From Acanthaster planci (lineage: Eukaryota), in contig NW_019091355.1 in NCBI RefSeq assembly GCF_001949145.1, forward strand, positions 4,909,518-4,973,517: a DNA stretch of 64,000 bases. The letters run 5' to 3'. The notes beneath the pieces were generated by a model. The model saw only the letters and a program-made list of their open reading frames with translations. It ran no database searches and was not told the origin of the DNA. The position numbers and the translations under genes are program-made. This document shows positions 1-12,653 of this stretch, piece after piece (position 1 is the first letter of the stretch; each line of letters opens with the position of its first letter).

Positions 1-352
1 AAGCCTTGGGTTTTTTTCTCACCTGCAAAACCATCCTTCCAGTGTTTACTCCAAACGTTTATCTAGACAGACCAACAGTACTTTAAATCTTCAACGAATC
101 CAGGCCAACAAAAGCTAGAAACCACCTTCCCTCACTGTATCCATGGGCAATTCCGGAATGCAATCTCCTCCCCGACTTTGTAAAAAAAAACCAACCCACA
201 TTGAATTCCTTCAGAACTCATTTAGACAATATTAATATTAGCGAACTCTCTATCAAATTGCATTTCAAAATGTAATACCAACTGGCACCATGACAGCGTT
301 CCCTGCATGTGATAGCGCTATACCATTGGCGTTTGTGTAGCTGACAAATACA

Positions 353-426
353 GATACGATACGACACGATACGATGCGAGAGGATACGATATTATGTTTT
401 ATTGTCTCTTTCAGGAATTCTCTTTG
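353..426 (-). repeat. (GATAC)n microsatellite next to AATAAA; probable 3' tail of a non-LTR retroelement (LINE/SINE)
   Basis: GATACGATACGACACGATACGATGCGA..GATACGAT is followed by TTTATTGTC (GACAATAAA on the minus strand). AATAAA plus a short tandem tail is typical of CR1/L2-group 3' ends. Confidence 0.45.
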
Positions 427-757
427 ATTTAGCATATCAAAATTTTAATCAATTTGTTAAAATATTACATTTCGCAATAACACAAAAAAATGTTCATGAA
501 TTGAAATGTAAAATAAAAATTTAAATATAGATGAGATGATTAAAAGACCCCAGGGGTGTGACTTTAACTGGGGGTAGCGTAACCCAAATGCAAATTTTAA
601 TGGAAGCTACAACCAAATGTTGCTGTTACTTGATGCTGACCACTGTGACATGAAGGCGTAAAACGAACTATAGCGCGCATCTGGAACCAGGTTGTATTGA
701 ACAATATCCGTTTTGGGAGCCTCAAATCACACTTGACGTCATTTTTCTCTTCGGCAG

Positions 758-3266
758 AGGCTCCTATGCAGCAGTTGCCTTACTTGGAAGTCGACGGGAA
801 GATTATCCCTCAGAGCCGTGCCATGCACGGCTTCGTGGCCAGGGAGTTCGGTAAGTTGCAGAATTGGTCGTTTATTTAAATAGACTGGCAATGAGGTTAC
901 CAGGTACAGTTTCGTAGTTAACAGTGTTCACTATTTTCATAACATGAAGGAGCTGTAACCAGTCAAAATATTCCGGAGCACTAGTGCCTGACCGGGCACC
1001 AGTCTCCTGAATTCACGCACGCGAGATGTCTTTGTGCGTGTCCAATAAAGTCTGTGAAATAACTATTAGTGAACCACACGTGACAGTGTTTCAACCAACC
1101 AGGGTCGCGTTCAGTAGTGCAATACTTACGCATTCGTATGCAGGCATCGATGACAAAGGCCAGGGCATACCAATACCAGCAGATGCAGTAATGTGAATGC
1201 GCCCCTTATAACCAGCAAGAGGTGTGTCGTAAACTTTATCTTCAAGGATTATGCCTGTTTTCCAGGTACACTGATTTTACTTTTTGTTAATTTGCATAGA
1301 ATTAATATCAATGTATTCCATCATTTTGAGGACTCCATGCCGGCTTTATTCGCTCCTCAAACATGCCAGTCATGGATAGACTATGAGTGATTTCCATTTA
1401 GCCTTTAATCGTGACATATGCACGTCCCTGTATTATGCGTGATGAGAATTTCTCTGCCCAATCGGTGGAGAAATTAAGAAAAAGATAAGCCTCCTCCTGG
1501 AGATAATAAAGTCTTGTGGCTTTGCCTCTTGCACTTGTCTTTTTTCGTGCCACCACTGTACCAGTACTGGTATCATGGATGCCAAGTGCACCTTGACTGG
1601 AGGCTAGTTTCAATCAAAGTTTCACGGTAAAGGACCACAAAGGGAAACTGTCCTTGAAAAAATCGCATGTTATTTGTGTTTCCAAATACAGTCATACAAT
1701 GTGTTTTTGTCTTTTTTCGTGCAGGCTTTAATGGTGCCAACAACGAGGAGACGACTAAAATTGACGTCATCAATGCTATTCTTGAAGACATTCGAATTCC
1801 ACTCAGCAAAATCTTTTATGAACAGGACGAAGAAAAGAAGGTAACTCGCGCTTAACAAACCATAACGATAGTCTCAAGTCTTGTATGAAAACTCATTCTC
1901 AAAACTGCTTTTATGGAATCTCATCGATTGCCCATCTGGTCATATCTGTTCTTGCATGCGATGCGATAACCTTTGTGTGGCTAATAGCCGACTGGAACAT
2001 TACGGTAGGGCTCGAAGTGAGTCCATGTCAAACTACGGTGGTGTAAATTTGTGACGAGGAGCGATGGGGGATGACTGAAATCTAAAAAAATGGCCGAGCA
2101 TGGAAATTCAAAAAGCACATGAGCATGGGGAGATGGACACACTAGGTGGCGCTGTTCAAGATACAGACGTATACATATACCCCTTAACCTTACACCAAAA
2201 CAGCTTAATTTGAGCCGTTTGGTGTAAATTCGAAGACAAAATTCGCCTTTTCTCCCTTACCACAAAAGCTAGGGGAGGGGATCCAATAACCCACCCGCGG
2301 TCAAAATGTAGGGGCATATATATCACCATCCTGGAGTATACGCCCTAGCAAACTGCCGCCAAAGTTGAACAGAAATTTTTTTTAATACTTTACCCTCAAA
2401 TGGTACCTTGTTTGGGGGAGATTTCCGTAAAATTGTACACAAATTTTGACGACTTGGAACTTCTTATGTCTCTCTGGTGTCCAGTATCTCCCGAAGGTAT
2501 CATTCTTGACGATAAAATGTCCAACAAGGTCATTGATCACTTTAACACTTCGTCTGGAGGAGCTCTGAGATAACCCAATGAGCCTAGAGTTATGAGACCT
2601 TTGACTGTCACTGTGGAGATATATCTGACTGCAGAGAAGTCCTCAACACTACATCGGGGAATACCGGTAACAGCTGAAGTGTGCGTGAAAAGAAAGTTTG
2701 GCATCTATTTCTTTCAGAAAGAGGGACTGGCGAAATTTTATGCCGAAACTACTCCCAAGTTCTTCAAGGCACTTGAAAAGATGCTGGTAGACAACAACGG
2801 TGGTGATGGCTTCTTGGTCGGTTCCAAGGTAATTAAGAGTTTGAGACTTTGGTAAAACGTAGGACATAATTACTTCCCCATAATGCAACACTCGTGATTT
2901 TGACTCATCTTGGCGCATGCGTACTGCTCAAACAACTAGTTTAGAGTTCAATCATTTTAGGTGTGATGGATGTATCTTGCCATTCATAATTATAAGAGAC
3001 ACTTGATATGCGCCACAAGTGCTTTGATATGTTTGAAACACCGGCAGTGTAAATCTGACAACGATCAACAGTTTGTTTTAATCCCAGTGTTTTTGGAATT
3101 GCTTTCCCAGATTTCTCGCGCTGACATCTTCTTTTACGTCAGCATGGAATTTCTGGATCAGAACGAGGTCAAGAAGTATCCGAGGTTGGTAGCCCTGATG
3201 GAGCGCGTTGCCAAGGACCCCAAGATCGCTGCTTACTTGGCTAAGCGTCCGCAAACGCAGTTTTAA
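758..3266 (+). CDS. Sigma-class glutathione S-transferase, copy 1 (5'-partial; exon 1 is upstream of the window)
   Basis: Exons 758-850, 1725-1840, 2718-2828, 3111-3266, all GT-AG and in frame. Motifs APMQQLPYLEVDGKIIPQSRAM, GDGFLVGSKISRADI, YLAKRPQTQF*. Exon structure matches copies 2-4. Confidence 0.93.
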
Positions 3267-4293
3267 AGGGGAGACAACGGGTGCCATGCTTCCCCAGTTA
3301 GAGCCAAAAGCACACTTTAAAAAGTTGATAGCACCAAAATGTAGCCTAACACCTAAGATGGGTTTAAGCACAAGAGGAAGAACGTAACTTGTGACCCTCC
3401 CACAGTGGCATGTTAATATTTGTCCCAATTTATGCCTGAAACAAGGGGGGGCGGTGGTACCGTGCGTACAGTCTGCTTGTGTAGTCACTCGGCATTTGGC
3501 TAGGTAATAAGCAACCTTTGAGTAGCATATCGTTTCAATGCAGATTCAGAACTGAATTCAGCAAACTGAAGTAGGCCTTGGAGTCGAGGTTGACCAGATT
3601 AGTCTTCAGGCCTGATACGGTAAAGGCGTGAAAAGGTCGCGCATTCCCTCACCACTCACCACTCGATAAAATGATCGAGTAGCCTATTTTCGAAAAATAC
3701 AATGAAAAGGTCCTGAGGCACAAGGTACGGCTTTCCAAATGTCTGCCGCATGAAGCGGCTCACTTAGGCTCGTTTTGGGCCGAACGAATATGATAAGTCA
3801 GTATGAGAACACTTGATTAGTAATTTCAATATTAAAAACGAGAACATGCTTACACTTTTTTACCGAAGACAAGCGGCACCCTTTTGGTGGTGTTTAAAAT
3901 TATTTTCCCAGAGCGAAGCTCAATAAAACAGAAACGAGACAATCACAGAGCTGAAAATATATCTCTTAAGTTTCCCTCGGTAACCATAGGATAACTGTGT
4001 GGAATTTTAAAGGTCCACCTCCCAAAAAGGTAACATTAAATGAACGTTCGGTGCCATACTAGGCCTACGGGGGTTGGAATTTAATAAAATATATTCAAAC
4101 TGATATGACTGTGTAAAAAGAAGAAAGTTTACTCCACTGGCATAATTCTACTGGCAGACCAAGTATACAGATTAAAAAACATATCACTATATAATGCAAA
4201 AACATTTAGTATTTTGACACTTTTCAACAAAGTAAAAAAATGCTTTATTAAATCAAAACACTTTTTGATTCTGTGCCAACAAGACTTGCAAGC

Positions 4294-4304
4294 ATGACAA
4301 GGCG
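4294..4304 (+). promoter_or_regulatory. Antioxidant response element-like site (RTGACnnnGCR) in an orphan copy of the GST3 promoter
   Basis: ATGACAAGGCG aligns with ATGACTAGGCA at 14130-14140 inside a duplicated block. Confidence 0.45.
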
Positions 4305-5940
4305 GAATTGAAAGGTCAGCAAATGCGACCTTTCTGTTGAAAACATTGATAACTGTCGTTATCGTGTAAGCGCCGATGTGGTCATTGAAAGTATTGTAAT
4401 GAACATTGTTTACATAGCAGCGTAAACGCACAGACTTTGGACAGAGTCACGTGTTACTGCTATTCAAACTCAGCTGCAATTTGCCTCAGCATGAGACCTA
4501 GACATTGCCCCATCCTGTAATCTGCCCCACATGTCAATGGAAAGATTTTACTTTAATATCTCAACAATTTTAGCCTGTTTTCTGCATCAATTCGGGAAAT
4601 GATTTAAAATACAAATACATGATGGGGGGTTCCTGTGTGCTATTGGCGTAAGGAGTGGGGAAAATATGAACATGTTAATGGTAATGATAGATATTTAAAT
4701 AAAGAAGTGAACTTGTTGTGAGATATTCCATTTCAAATTTTAAAATTTAGTTGAAGTGGAGTTGTTCTCTTTAGATTTCTCCAAGCTGTTAAAGTTCGAC
4801 TTAATTCGAGTAAATAGTATTGCTCTGTTATTGTAGCCAAACTTATTTCCGAACAAAATATTGGGTCCTATTCGTTAATCACGAGAATTAAAGGCAGCTG
4901 AGCGCGCACAGCTGCCGCCGCATCGCGGTCCGCTCTGGCCTAGGCTTGAATCAAGTCCGACTTAGGCTACATTGCTCTTCCCTAGTCAGCTATCCCTTCA
5001 GCCGTTACGCACTACAAGATTGTCACGCTCGGCCTGGCCGCTTGTTGGCAGCTAGCATAACCCTTATAAGGTGCCCTCATTTTATAGCCTTTATTGTACA
5101 ACGTGGGTCATACATACGTCACCAGTCAGTAAGTCCGACTTGACGGATAAGCCAATCAGACCCCCCGTCGGAAATACGTAATTATTCATGATTGCATATG
5201 AACGACATAAACTTGCATTATGTATACGGAATTTCCACCAATCAAAGTAGTCAGGCTTGTAGACTCTTTTATTATAATGCAGGTTGAATGACGTAAAAAC
5301 AAGACCGGCAGTGTGATTGGCTGCTACCACTTTTGGTAGATGAGCCCATTCGCTGTGTACAAACGGTTGGCAGCTTTCGTCAAGTCAGCATTTCTGAACT
5401 GAACTCATAGTAATAAGTGGACACAAGAAGGTGCAAAGCAAGTAACAGCGTGCGGTCTCGGTGGTCTCGACGTATCGCAAGCAGAAACGAGCTGGTGACA
5501 CAGAGATCCCGACTTTATTCAAGTCTAGCTCTGGCCAGGCGTTGGCGCTCAACCCGGGCCCCGTGAGCGCTCTTTTTTGTACCCGATGTACCGTATAGGC
5601 CCTATGGATTGTTTACGTATGCCCTCAACAAAAAATTAATGGTCTTAAAATGGTGATGACATGCTGTGTGCACAAAAAAAAATGGCGTCCATCGTGATGC
5701 TCAAGGTGCTTCTGAGAAGGGATTATTTAAAGGTGGTGTACATGATTTGCATGTCCTGTCATATTTCAAAATTGGCCGATTTGGGGTTTGTAATTTACTC
5801 TCTGTATCATCCCACGGACATGTTTCATATTTCATCTCCAACGTTCTATTCAGACGGGTCTGTCCGTCCCCAGAAGTCGAAGCTGCTAGGCAGTCAACCA
5901 ATCAAAAAGTGACAAGCATTGCAGGCTTTAACTGCATTCC

Positions 5941-6566
5941 ATTGACCTTTTCACTAATAGATTCTTAATTATGCACGCATGCCCACAAATGGCCTTGGCG
6001 GCAAGAAGTGTGAGTGGGCCATTGAAAAGATACAGGAGCGCAACTTTGATGATCATTTTCTCTCAGTTTTTCTGGCTTTGCTCAGTTTTTCTTTAGAAAA
6101 TCCCATTAAATCGTTAGTTTCTAATCCAAGTAGGATTTTCCAGTGTTCTATGAAAAGACTAGCCGTTTCTTAGTATGGCCCTTTCCATGAAGTAGTATGA
6201 ATTACATCGTTAGTGTTCTGGGAGCCAACCTGTGCATTTGTAAACTCGTCTGTTCAATGTTCAAGTACTGTACCCATTCGATACGCTGCTGTCTGCACTT
6301 GTGAAATCTGAAGAACCAGATCCCTTTCTCGTTGGAATCTACACTTTGTCTTGACGTACAACCCCAAACACAACACCTGGATACCATTTCTTTCGGTATA
6401 AATCCAAGCTAGACCAGGTTCAATGGTGAGCTATGTACATGTACATACAGTACATGTACATGTACATGTACAAGTAACTTTTCAATGGCCCGCTCACACT
6501 TCTTGCCGCCAAGGCCATTTGTGCGCGTGCGTGCATAATTATGATTCGTCAGTGAAAAGGTCTATT
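5941..6566 (-). mobile_element. Non-autonomous DNA transposon with ~95-bp terminal inverted repeats and a degenerate THAP domain
   Basis: 5941-6033 (..GACCTTTTCAC..TAATTATGCACGCA..CAAATGGCCTTGGCGGCAAGAAGTGTGAG..GGCCATTGAAAAG) is the reverse complement of about 6473-6566. Internal ORF 6202-6387(-), MVSRCCVWGC...FFRF...W, matches the THAP C2CH N-terminus, but the C-terminal CxxHF is decayed. Confidence 0.75.
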
Positions 6567-8033
6567 GTCGTTGTATTCTTGTCCAACCCTGTCGGTAACG
6601 TCACTAAACCCCGCTCTGTTTTTCCTTCTGAACTTGTTGGAAAGTGTCTCCGGATCGTACAACACCAGGCACCCTACGGTCCTTTAGTCTAGACATTCTG
6701 ACATTTTGTGCACTCAATCAAATCGAAAAAGCTTACTAAACAACTTGTCCTGTGTTTTATTTCGTTGTGAACTATTATAATATAAATATTTTTGTCAAAA
6801 TACAGCGTGTACATTTGATGCACTTAATTAAAAATATCCAGTTTGGAAGTGCAAATCCAAATATCCTTTTCGAGGCCTTGTTTGGAATCCCTTCGTTCCT
6901 CCGAGACCACTTCCACTACTTCTACTACATCCACTTTGTGACTTCGTCTCTCGCTCCCATGCCGGCTTAAGCCAGTTCATCGATGCTGTGAGATAATGCC
7001 CCTCTCCANNNNNNNNNNNNNNNNNNNNNNNNNNNNNNNNNNNNNNNNNNNNNNNNNNNNNNNNNNNNNNNNNNNNNNNNNNNNNNNNNNNNNNNNNNNN
7101 NNNNNNNNNNNNNNNNNNNNNNNNNNNNNNNNNNNNNNNNNNNNNNNNNNNNNNNNNNNNNNNNNNNNNNNNNNNNNNNNNNNNNNNNNNNNNNNNNNNN
7201 NNNNNNNNNNNNNNNNNNNNNNNNNNNNNNNNNNNNNNNNNNNNNNNNNNNNNNNNNNNNNNNNNNNNNNNNNNNNNNNNNNNNNNNNNNNNNNNNNNNN
7301 NNNNNNNNNNNNNNNNNNNNNNNNNNNAAAGAACTGCCACGTTAACCCCCCCCCCCCCCGCGCCTCGCCATAAATAGATCATTAGTGTGCATTCCCTTTT
7401 CGTAGGCCCGTACAAGCATGCAGTCACGTTTGCAATAAGCATCTGAACCAATAGGAGACCCACTTTTACGAAACCGTACATTATTGTTCATTATCAGTGG
7501 GTCGATGGAGTGATTGGATTTGTCCTTTCGTTGTACATTTCCCAAGTTCCTCTCTCCGTCATCCCAGGCCGTAGCTGTAGCAACTCTCTGCCAAGGCTGT
7601 TTGTCTTGGCTTGCCGGTGAACAAGATTAAGAGGTAAGGCGTAGCCACAAAATCTGACCAAGGATGGTAGGCTGCATTCCATATCATGGAGGATGTAAGG
7701 ACAGTGTAGGGGACCCAGTAATCCCCATTGAATGCTTCTCTATTCCCAGCAAGAAATAGGATTTGTGGTCTCAACAGTGGTTACATAAGTCACACGGAAT
7801 TATTCCATTTCGCCGCGGGCGCCTTGATCAAAGGCTATACATAGAGCAGATGCACATTAAGTATGTTTGATCCTTTTGTTCACATTCAAACGAAATCGAC
7901 AAGAACGACAGTCAGATATAGACACAGATATTAGAGCTCCTTTGTAGGGCACCCCTGATCCTAAACCAGAACTTTTCACTGCCCACAACTAAGCGTGCGT
8001 ACTCCCACAGTGGTGCACATCGAAAGGTCACGT

Positions 8034-8079
8034 TGAACTTCGCCCATAATAAGAGGTGAACTTCGCCCATAATAAGAGG
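8034..8079 (+). repeat. Perfect 23-bp tandem duplication upstream of GST copy 2
   Basis: TGAACTTCGCCCATAATAAGAGG occurs twice in tandem. Confidence 0.9.
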
Positions 8080-8239
8080 AGCATTGAATCTGATTACACG
8101 TTATATGCATTGACCGTGCTGCCGTGCTGCAAATTCTGCAAGGACCGCATGTGCAACGAAGCTACTGCCCGCTGCTCAATACCGCTCGGTGTTTCTTGCC
8201 TCGTAACTCGTACGATTCTCTGATCTGCATTGGCTCAAG

Positions 8240-11200
8240 ATGCCTTCTTACAAGGTGGTGTATTTCGATGGCCGTGGGTATGCCGAACCCACCCGCATGT
8301 TGCTAGCCCTTGCCGGCCAGGAGTTTGAGGACATTCGCTACTCGCGTGAGGAATGGCCCCAGCACAAAGCCGGTGAGTTTAGTCATAGCTTTATGGTTCA
8401 ATCCAAACCGAACTTGGCCAGGCCTAATAATCGGGTTGTTTAGTTGAGCAGCCATAACAGGAGGACGCGACTTGTGCAGTACTTCCGGACAGCGCGGTGA
8501 AAACAATTCGAGGGGAACGCACTTTTTGCCATAGGCCTACAAAGTAACTTAAAATCAATGCATTTGTTTTCAACTTGTACTTATCCGAGGTCACGCAAAG
8601 TCGTGTCCCCGAATATAGCGGTAGATCAGCCAGGTAGGTACTGACATGGCCTCCACCCCTTGCTTTGGAGCACTGTCGCTCCTATACAAAGCATATGGAA
8701 AGATTTTAATTTGTTCTAGACCACCCAAACCCAAGACTAAGGCCAGCGATGACGCTGAGAGCAGGTGCAGAAGCGGCCATTAATTTTGTATGGTTGCCCT
8801 GAGAGGACACAGCAGATGTACATAAATATATTTCTTTCACGTCCCTGATTTCAAAAGTAGTTGCGTATGAACGTAATCGTCATTGTCTCGATGTTTAAGT
8901 AAGTAGAGGTATCACTAGTAGAGTAAGTAAGTAGAGGTATCATCAAAGCACCAGCCAGCTGCAGAGAATTACAATTTTTCCTGGATGCAAACATAGCATG
9001 GCCGGAGATCCCGTGGGAGATGGGGGATTCACCCCAACCTTTTTGACCTTGGGGATTACCGATATAATCACCCCCACACTCTTCAAGTCACTGACTAAGC
9101 ACACCCTTTGCCTGCACCACTGACTCCACACTTGCTGGTGTCATGATCTCATCAGATGGGATGGAGGCTTTCAGAAATCATCAACCGCACGTTGACAAGA
9201 AATCTCCGCCAATGCAACATATATAGACGTGGCTCAAGTCTGAGATGAGCACTTCGGTGCTATCGTGAGATCGTTATAGATGACCATTGCGTCTTACTTC
9301 CACCCAATTATATATTCACTGCATGCTAATAATTTTTATCATGACGTGATGTGACATGACATGAGGTTGCACTTTTACCTCTTTGGGAAATGCCATTTGA
9401 TTTTGCAGGTCTATGAATTTAAAAGTTCACTTAAACGTTACATTCACAATACAAGAAAATGTTCGCAAAATGACTGTTTAATTACGACTAAGTACCTAAA
9501 TAAAAAATGAAATTCAAAATGAGACGATTAAAAGATTCCAAGTAAGATATAACTGGTAAACAGCGTAATGACAAGGGGAGCTAGTCTCTTTCGGATGCCA
9601 CTGTGGGATAAAAACTGAATAGGGCATGATTGGAGCCTAATCTAATTGAACAATGCCGGTTTAGGTTGTTAAGGAAAAATGCCTCAGTGAATCTGGCATT
9701 TGTGGATACGAATAACATTTATGGACGTTTGCAGTATATTTAATGTTTTCACCCTGGTAGATATGAAATCTTTTTGAAATCAGACTTGACGTCATATTTC
9801 CTCGGCAGATGCCCCCATGCAGCAGCTACCGTACCTTGAAGTCGACGGTAAGAAAATCCCTCAGAGCCGGGCCATGCACGGCTTTGTGGCCAGGGAGTTT
9901 GGTAAGTTCCCACAACAGGTTGTCAAAGAATGTTAATTGTCAGGAATCATTGCTATTTCCAATGTAATGGGATTTTTTCTTTGTCTCTTTGTTTCATTCA
10001 CAAAAGTATAAGTGCTATCTACCAATTTTATGAACTCATTGTCGATATAGACAGAGCATTTCCTGACCTAGCCCCTGATGGGGGTCGACTACCTCCGTAT
10101 ACGGAGGTAGGTAGGCCAGGTCCAGTAGACTGGACCCAGTCAGGGGCTAGTCAGAACTAAGAGCCAAATGGTAAGTGGCTACTGAGAAAAAAATTTTTTG
10201 AAAGATTAAAAAATGAAATCGAATATATTCTCGTGCCTCCAAATTGTGCAACAAGTTTGTGTCCTTATTTCATGCAGGCTTAAACGGTGCCAACAACGAG
10301 GAGACGACTAAAATTGATGTCATCATCGCTTCGCTTGAAGACATTCGACTTCCACTCAGCAGGATTGTCTTTCGTGAACAGGACGAAGAAAAAAAGGTAA
10401 CTTGCGCTTTATGAACCAAATAACTTGTGATCATTTTAATCCTCTTTGAAAAGTCATCTTTATTATTATTTTATTCAGAAACCATTCAACTAAGCAACAG
10501 TCGTACACAGAGAAAAGAAGATACGGTTGATTCATTTTGGGTCCCTTGGACAAATTTACAAAATTACTCCTATACAGAACAAACAAAGCATGAAAAAACA
10601 GTAAATTATCAGTCCATTTACCCATTACTAATTGCAATCATTTTCAAGACTCCATATTATTTAAAAATTGGAACAATCAAATACACGAAAAACGTTATAC
10701 TGAAGTCATTTAACCCTCAAAACTGTTTTTTTTTATGGAATCTAATAAATTACCCATTTGGTCTTTTCTATTCGTGCATAATCCATGCGATGTGGAAACT
10801 TTTGTGTGGCTAGTAGCTGACTGGAGAGACTAGAGTCCATGTCAAAAATATCTTCGAATTTGAAAAGAATAGTTTTAATAATTTACCCCCAAATGATACG
10901 CTGTTAATGAGAAATTTCCATCCATGCACGGCGTTTGACAACCTGGAACACCTGTCTTCCTGATGCCCCGTATCTCCCGGGGGGAGAAAACGTCGAACAA
11001 GGTCACGTGCTTGCTGTCTGACCATTTTTTACTCTTGCCTGAGAAAATTTTGAGTTATCTTATAGGGTGGCTGCAATGAATTTTTATAAACACAGTTTTT
11101 TACGATTTATAATCTTCAGTGTAGGAATCTTTTACTTTCCTATTTGGCAAAATGCACTGAATAGTGCATATTTTTAAACAATTAGAGTTATCCATGCTTC

Positions 11201-12307
11201 CGTGGACGGCTGAGAGCACTGTTGCTGTGAAATCATCTGGGGAAGACATGGTTCAGCGCATGGGAGAAGGATTGATTTGTTATTGCTGTGCCCATAAACA
11301 ACAATGAATAGGCAAAGAAGAGAAAACTGTGTCCAGGATAATTGACAAAAATGCAGCATGGGGCTTTCTTCCTAAGATTACATCACAGTTTTCTCATTAA
11401 TATGAAAATCTCATTGGCGTATAAACGAAAGAGACGGTAAAAGACCCTTGAAATAGTAAAACAAAAGTTGAAAATGGGATTAAATGAGACACAATTTAGA
11501 AGGTTTAGCTGCCATCATAAAAAAATGATAGCAACTACCCTTTAAAGAGCTCTTGCATAATCGTTAGAGATTTGACCCACAGAGAAATCTATAACATCGT
11601 ATCAATGTGTGTGAGTAATGTTTGGCATTTATGTCTTCCAGAAAGAATTATTGGCGAAATTTTATGCCGAGACAGCTCCTAAGTTCTTTACGGCACTTGA
11701 AAAGATGCTGGTAGAGAACGGTGGTGATGGATTCTTGGTCGGTTCCAAAGTAAGAGCTTGAGAGTTTGGTAAAAGTTAGAGCATATGACTTTCCCATAAT
11801 GCAACACGCTTGATTTTTGACTCATCTTAGCGCATGCGTGCTTCTTAATCAATAGGTTCAGAGTTCGGTGATTTTCCGTGAGACAGATATAACTTGCCAT
11901 TGATGTAAATAATGCATTTAGATTCTTGATAGGCAAAATAAGCGCTCTAATAAGTTTGAAGGATCGAGCAAAACAGTAAAGCACCTCTTATGTTTCTTAT
12001 CAAAGATATTAGTTTATATAGTCTCTCAATTGATCGCAAGCACATGATACATTAAGTTGACAACGATCGATAACGACATGTTTTAATTCTTTTGCTATTG
12101 GAATTGCTTTTTCTGATGGGCTGATTGGTCATGACTAATGTCTTTTCCCAGATTTCTCGCGCCGACATCTTCTTTTACGTCGTCATGGAATTTCTGGATC
12201 AGAACGAGGTCAAGAAGTATCCAAAGTTGGTAGCCCTGATGGAGCGCGTTGCCAAGGACCCCAAGATCGCCGCCTACTTGGCTAAGCGTCCGCAAACAGA
12301 GTGGTAA
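8240..12307 (+). CDS. Sigma-class glutathione S-transferase, copy 2 (202 aa)
   Basis: Exons 8240-8372, 9809-9901, 10278-10396, 11642-11749, 12152-12307 (609 nt, open frame). N-terminus MPSYKVVYFDGRGYAEPTRMLLA..QEFEDIR...EEW contains the catalytic Tyr. Also QQLPYLEVDG and the C-terminal KRPQTEW*. Confidence 0.95.
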
Positions 12308-12388
12308 AGGGGGGAAGAGGACAGCGTTATTTCCCGATAAGGGCAGAGGATGCTTGGAAGTTTGAGGCGTAGAGCTATGTAGCAAAAA

Positions 12389-12653
12389 CAAGGGCGGACC
12401 CAAGGGGGCAAAGGGCGGCCACCCCCCCCCCCCGAAAAAAAGGAAAAAATCTTTTGTCAAAATATAAGAGAAAGACAATTTGGAGTTTAGTTCATTTCCC
12501 TTCCTTCTAAAAACGTGTAGAAAGTACCAAATAGGTAGCCTCCCCCTCAGAAAGGCCATCGAAAAAAATGTTTTTAAAATTCCCCCCCCCTTTGGAAAAA
12601 AGTTTGGACCACCCCTTCCCCCCCCCGAAAAAATGGTTCTGGATCCGCCCTTG
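12389..12653. mobile_element. MITE with GC-rich TIRs just 3' of GST copy 2
   Basis: CAAGGGCGGACCCA...TGGATCCGCCCTTG termini and internal poly-C runs. Absent from the homologous 3' flank of copy 1. No clear target-site duplication. Confidence 0.7.

Noticed and set aside
3111..3266. Possible gene conversion between GST1 and GST2 last exons
   Set aside because: About 11 differences in 156 nt versus about 14 in 93 nt for exon 2. Suggestive, but too small a sample to separate from purifying selection.
3078..3488. Antisense ORFs over GST last exons (also 12095-12559 and 20942-21163)
   Set aside because: Shadow frames of real GST exons; their similarity to each other just reflects the GST duplication.
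5666..5968. Possible transposase (DDE) remnant next to the THAP element
   Set aside because: No convincing catalytic motif in any frame.
6828..7481. Long ORFs 6828-7481 and 6996-7373 (likewise 16275-17444, 16310-17029, 22541-23131, 22580-23065)
   Set aside because: They are open only because they run through N gaps; the flanking residues show no protein motifs.
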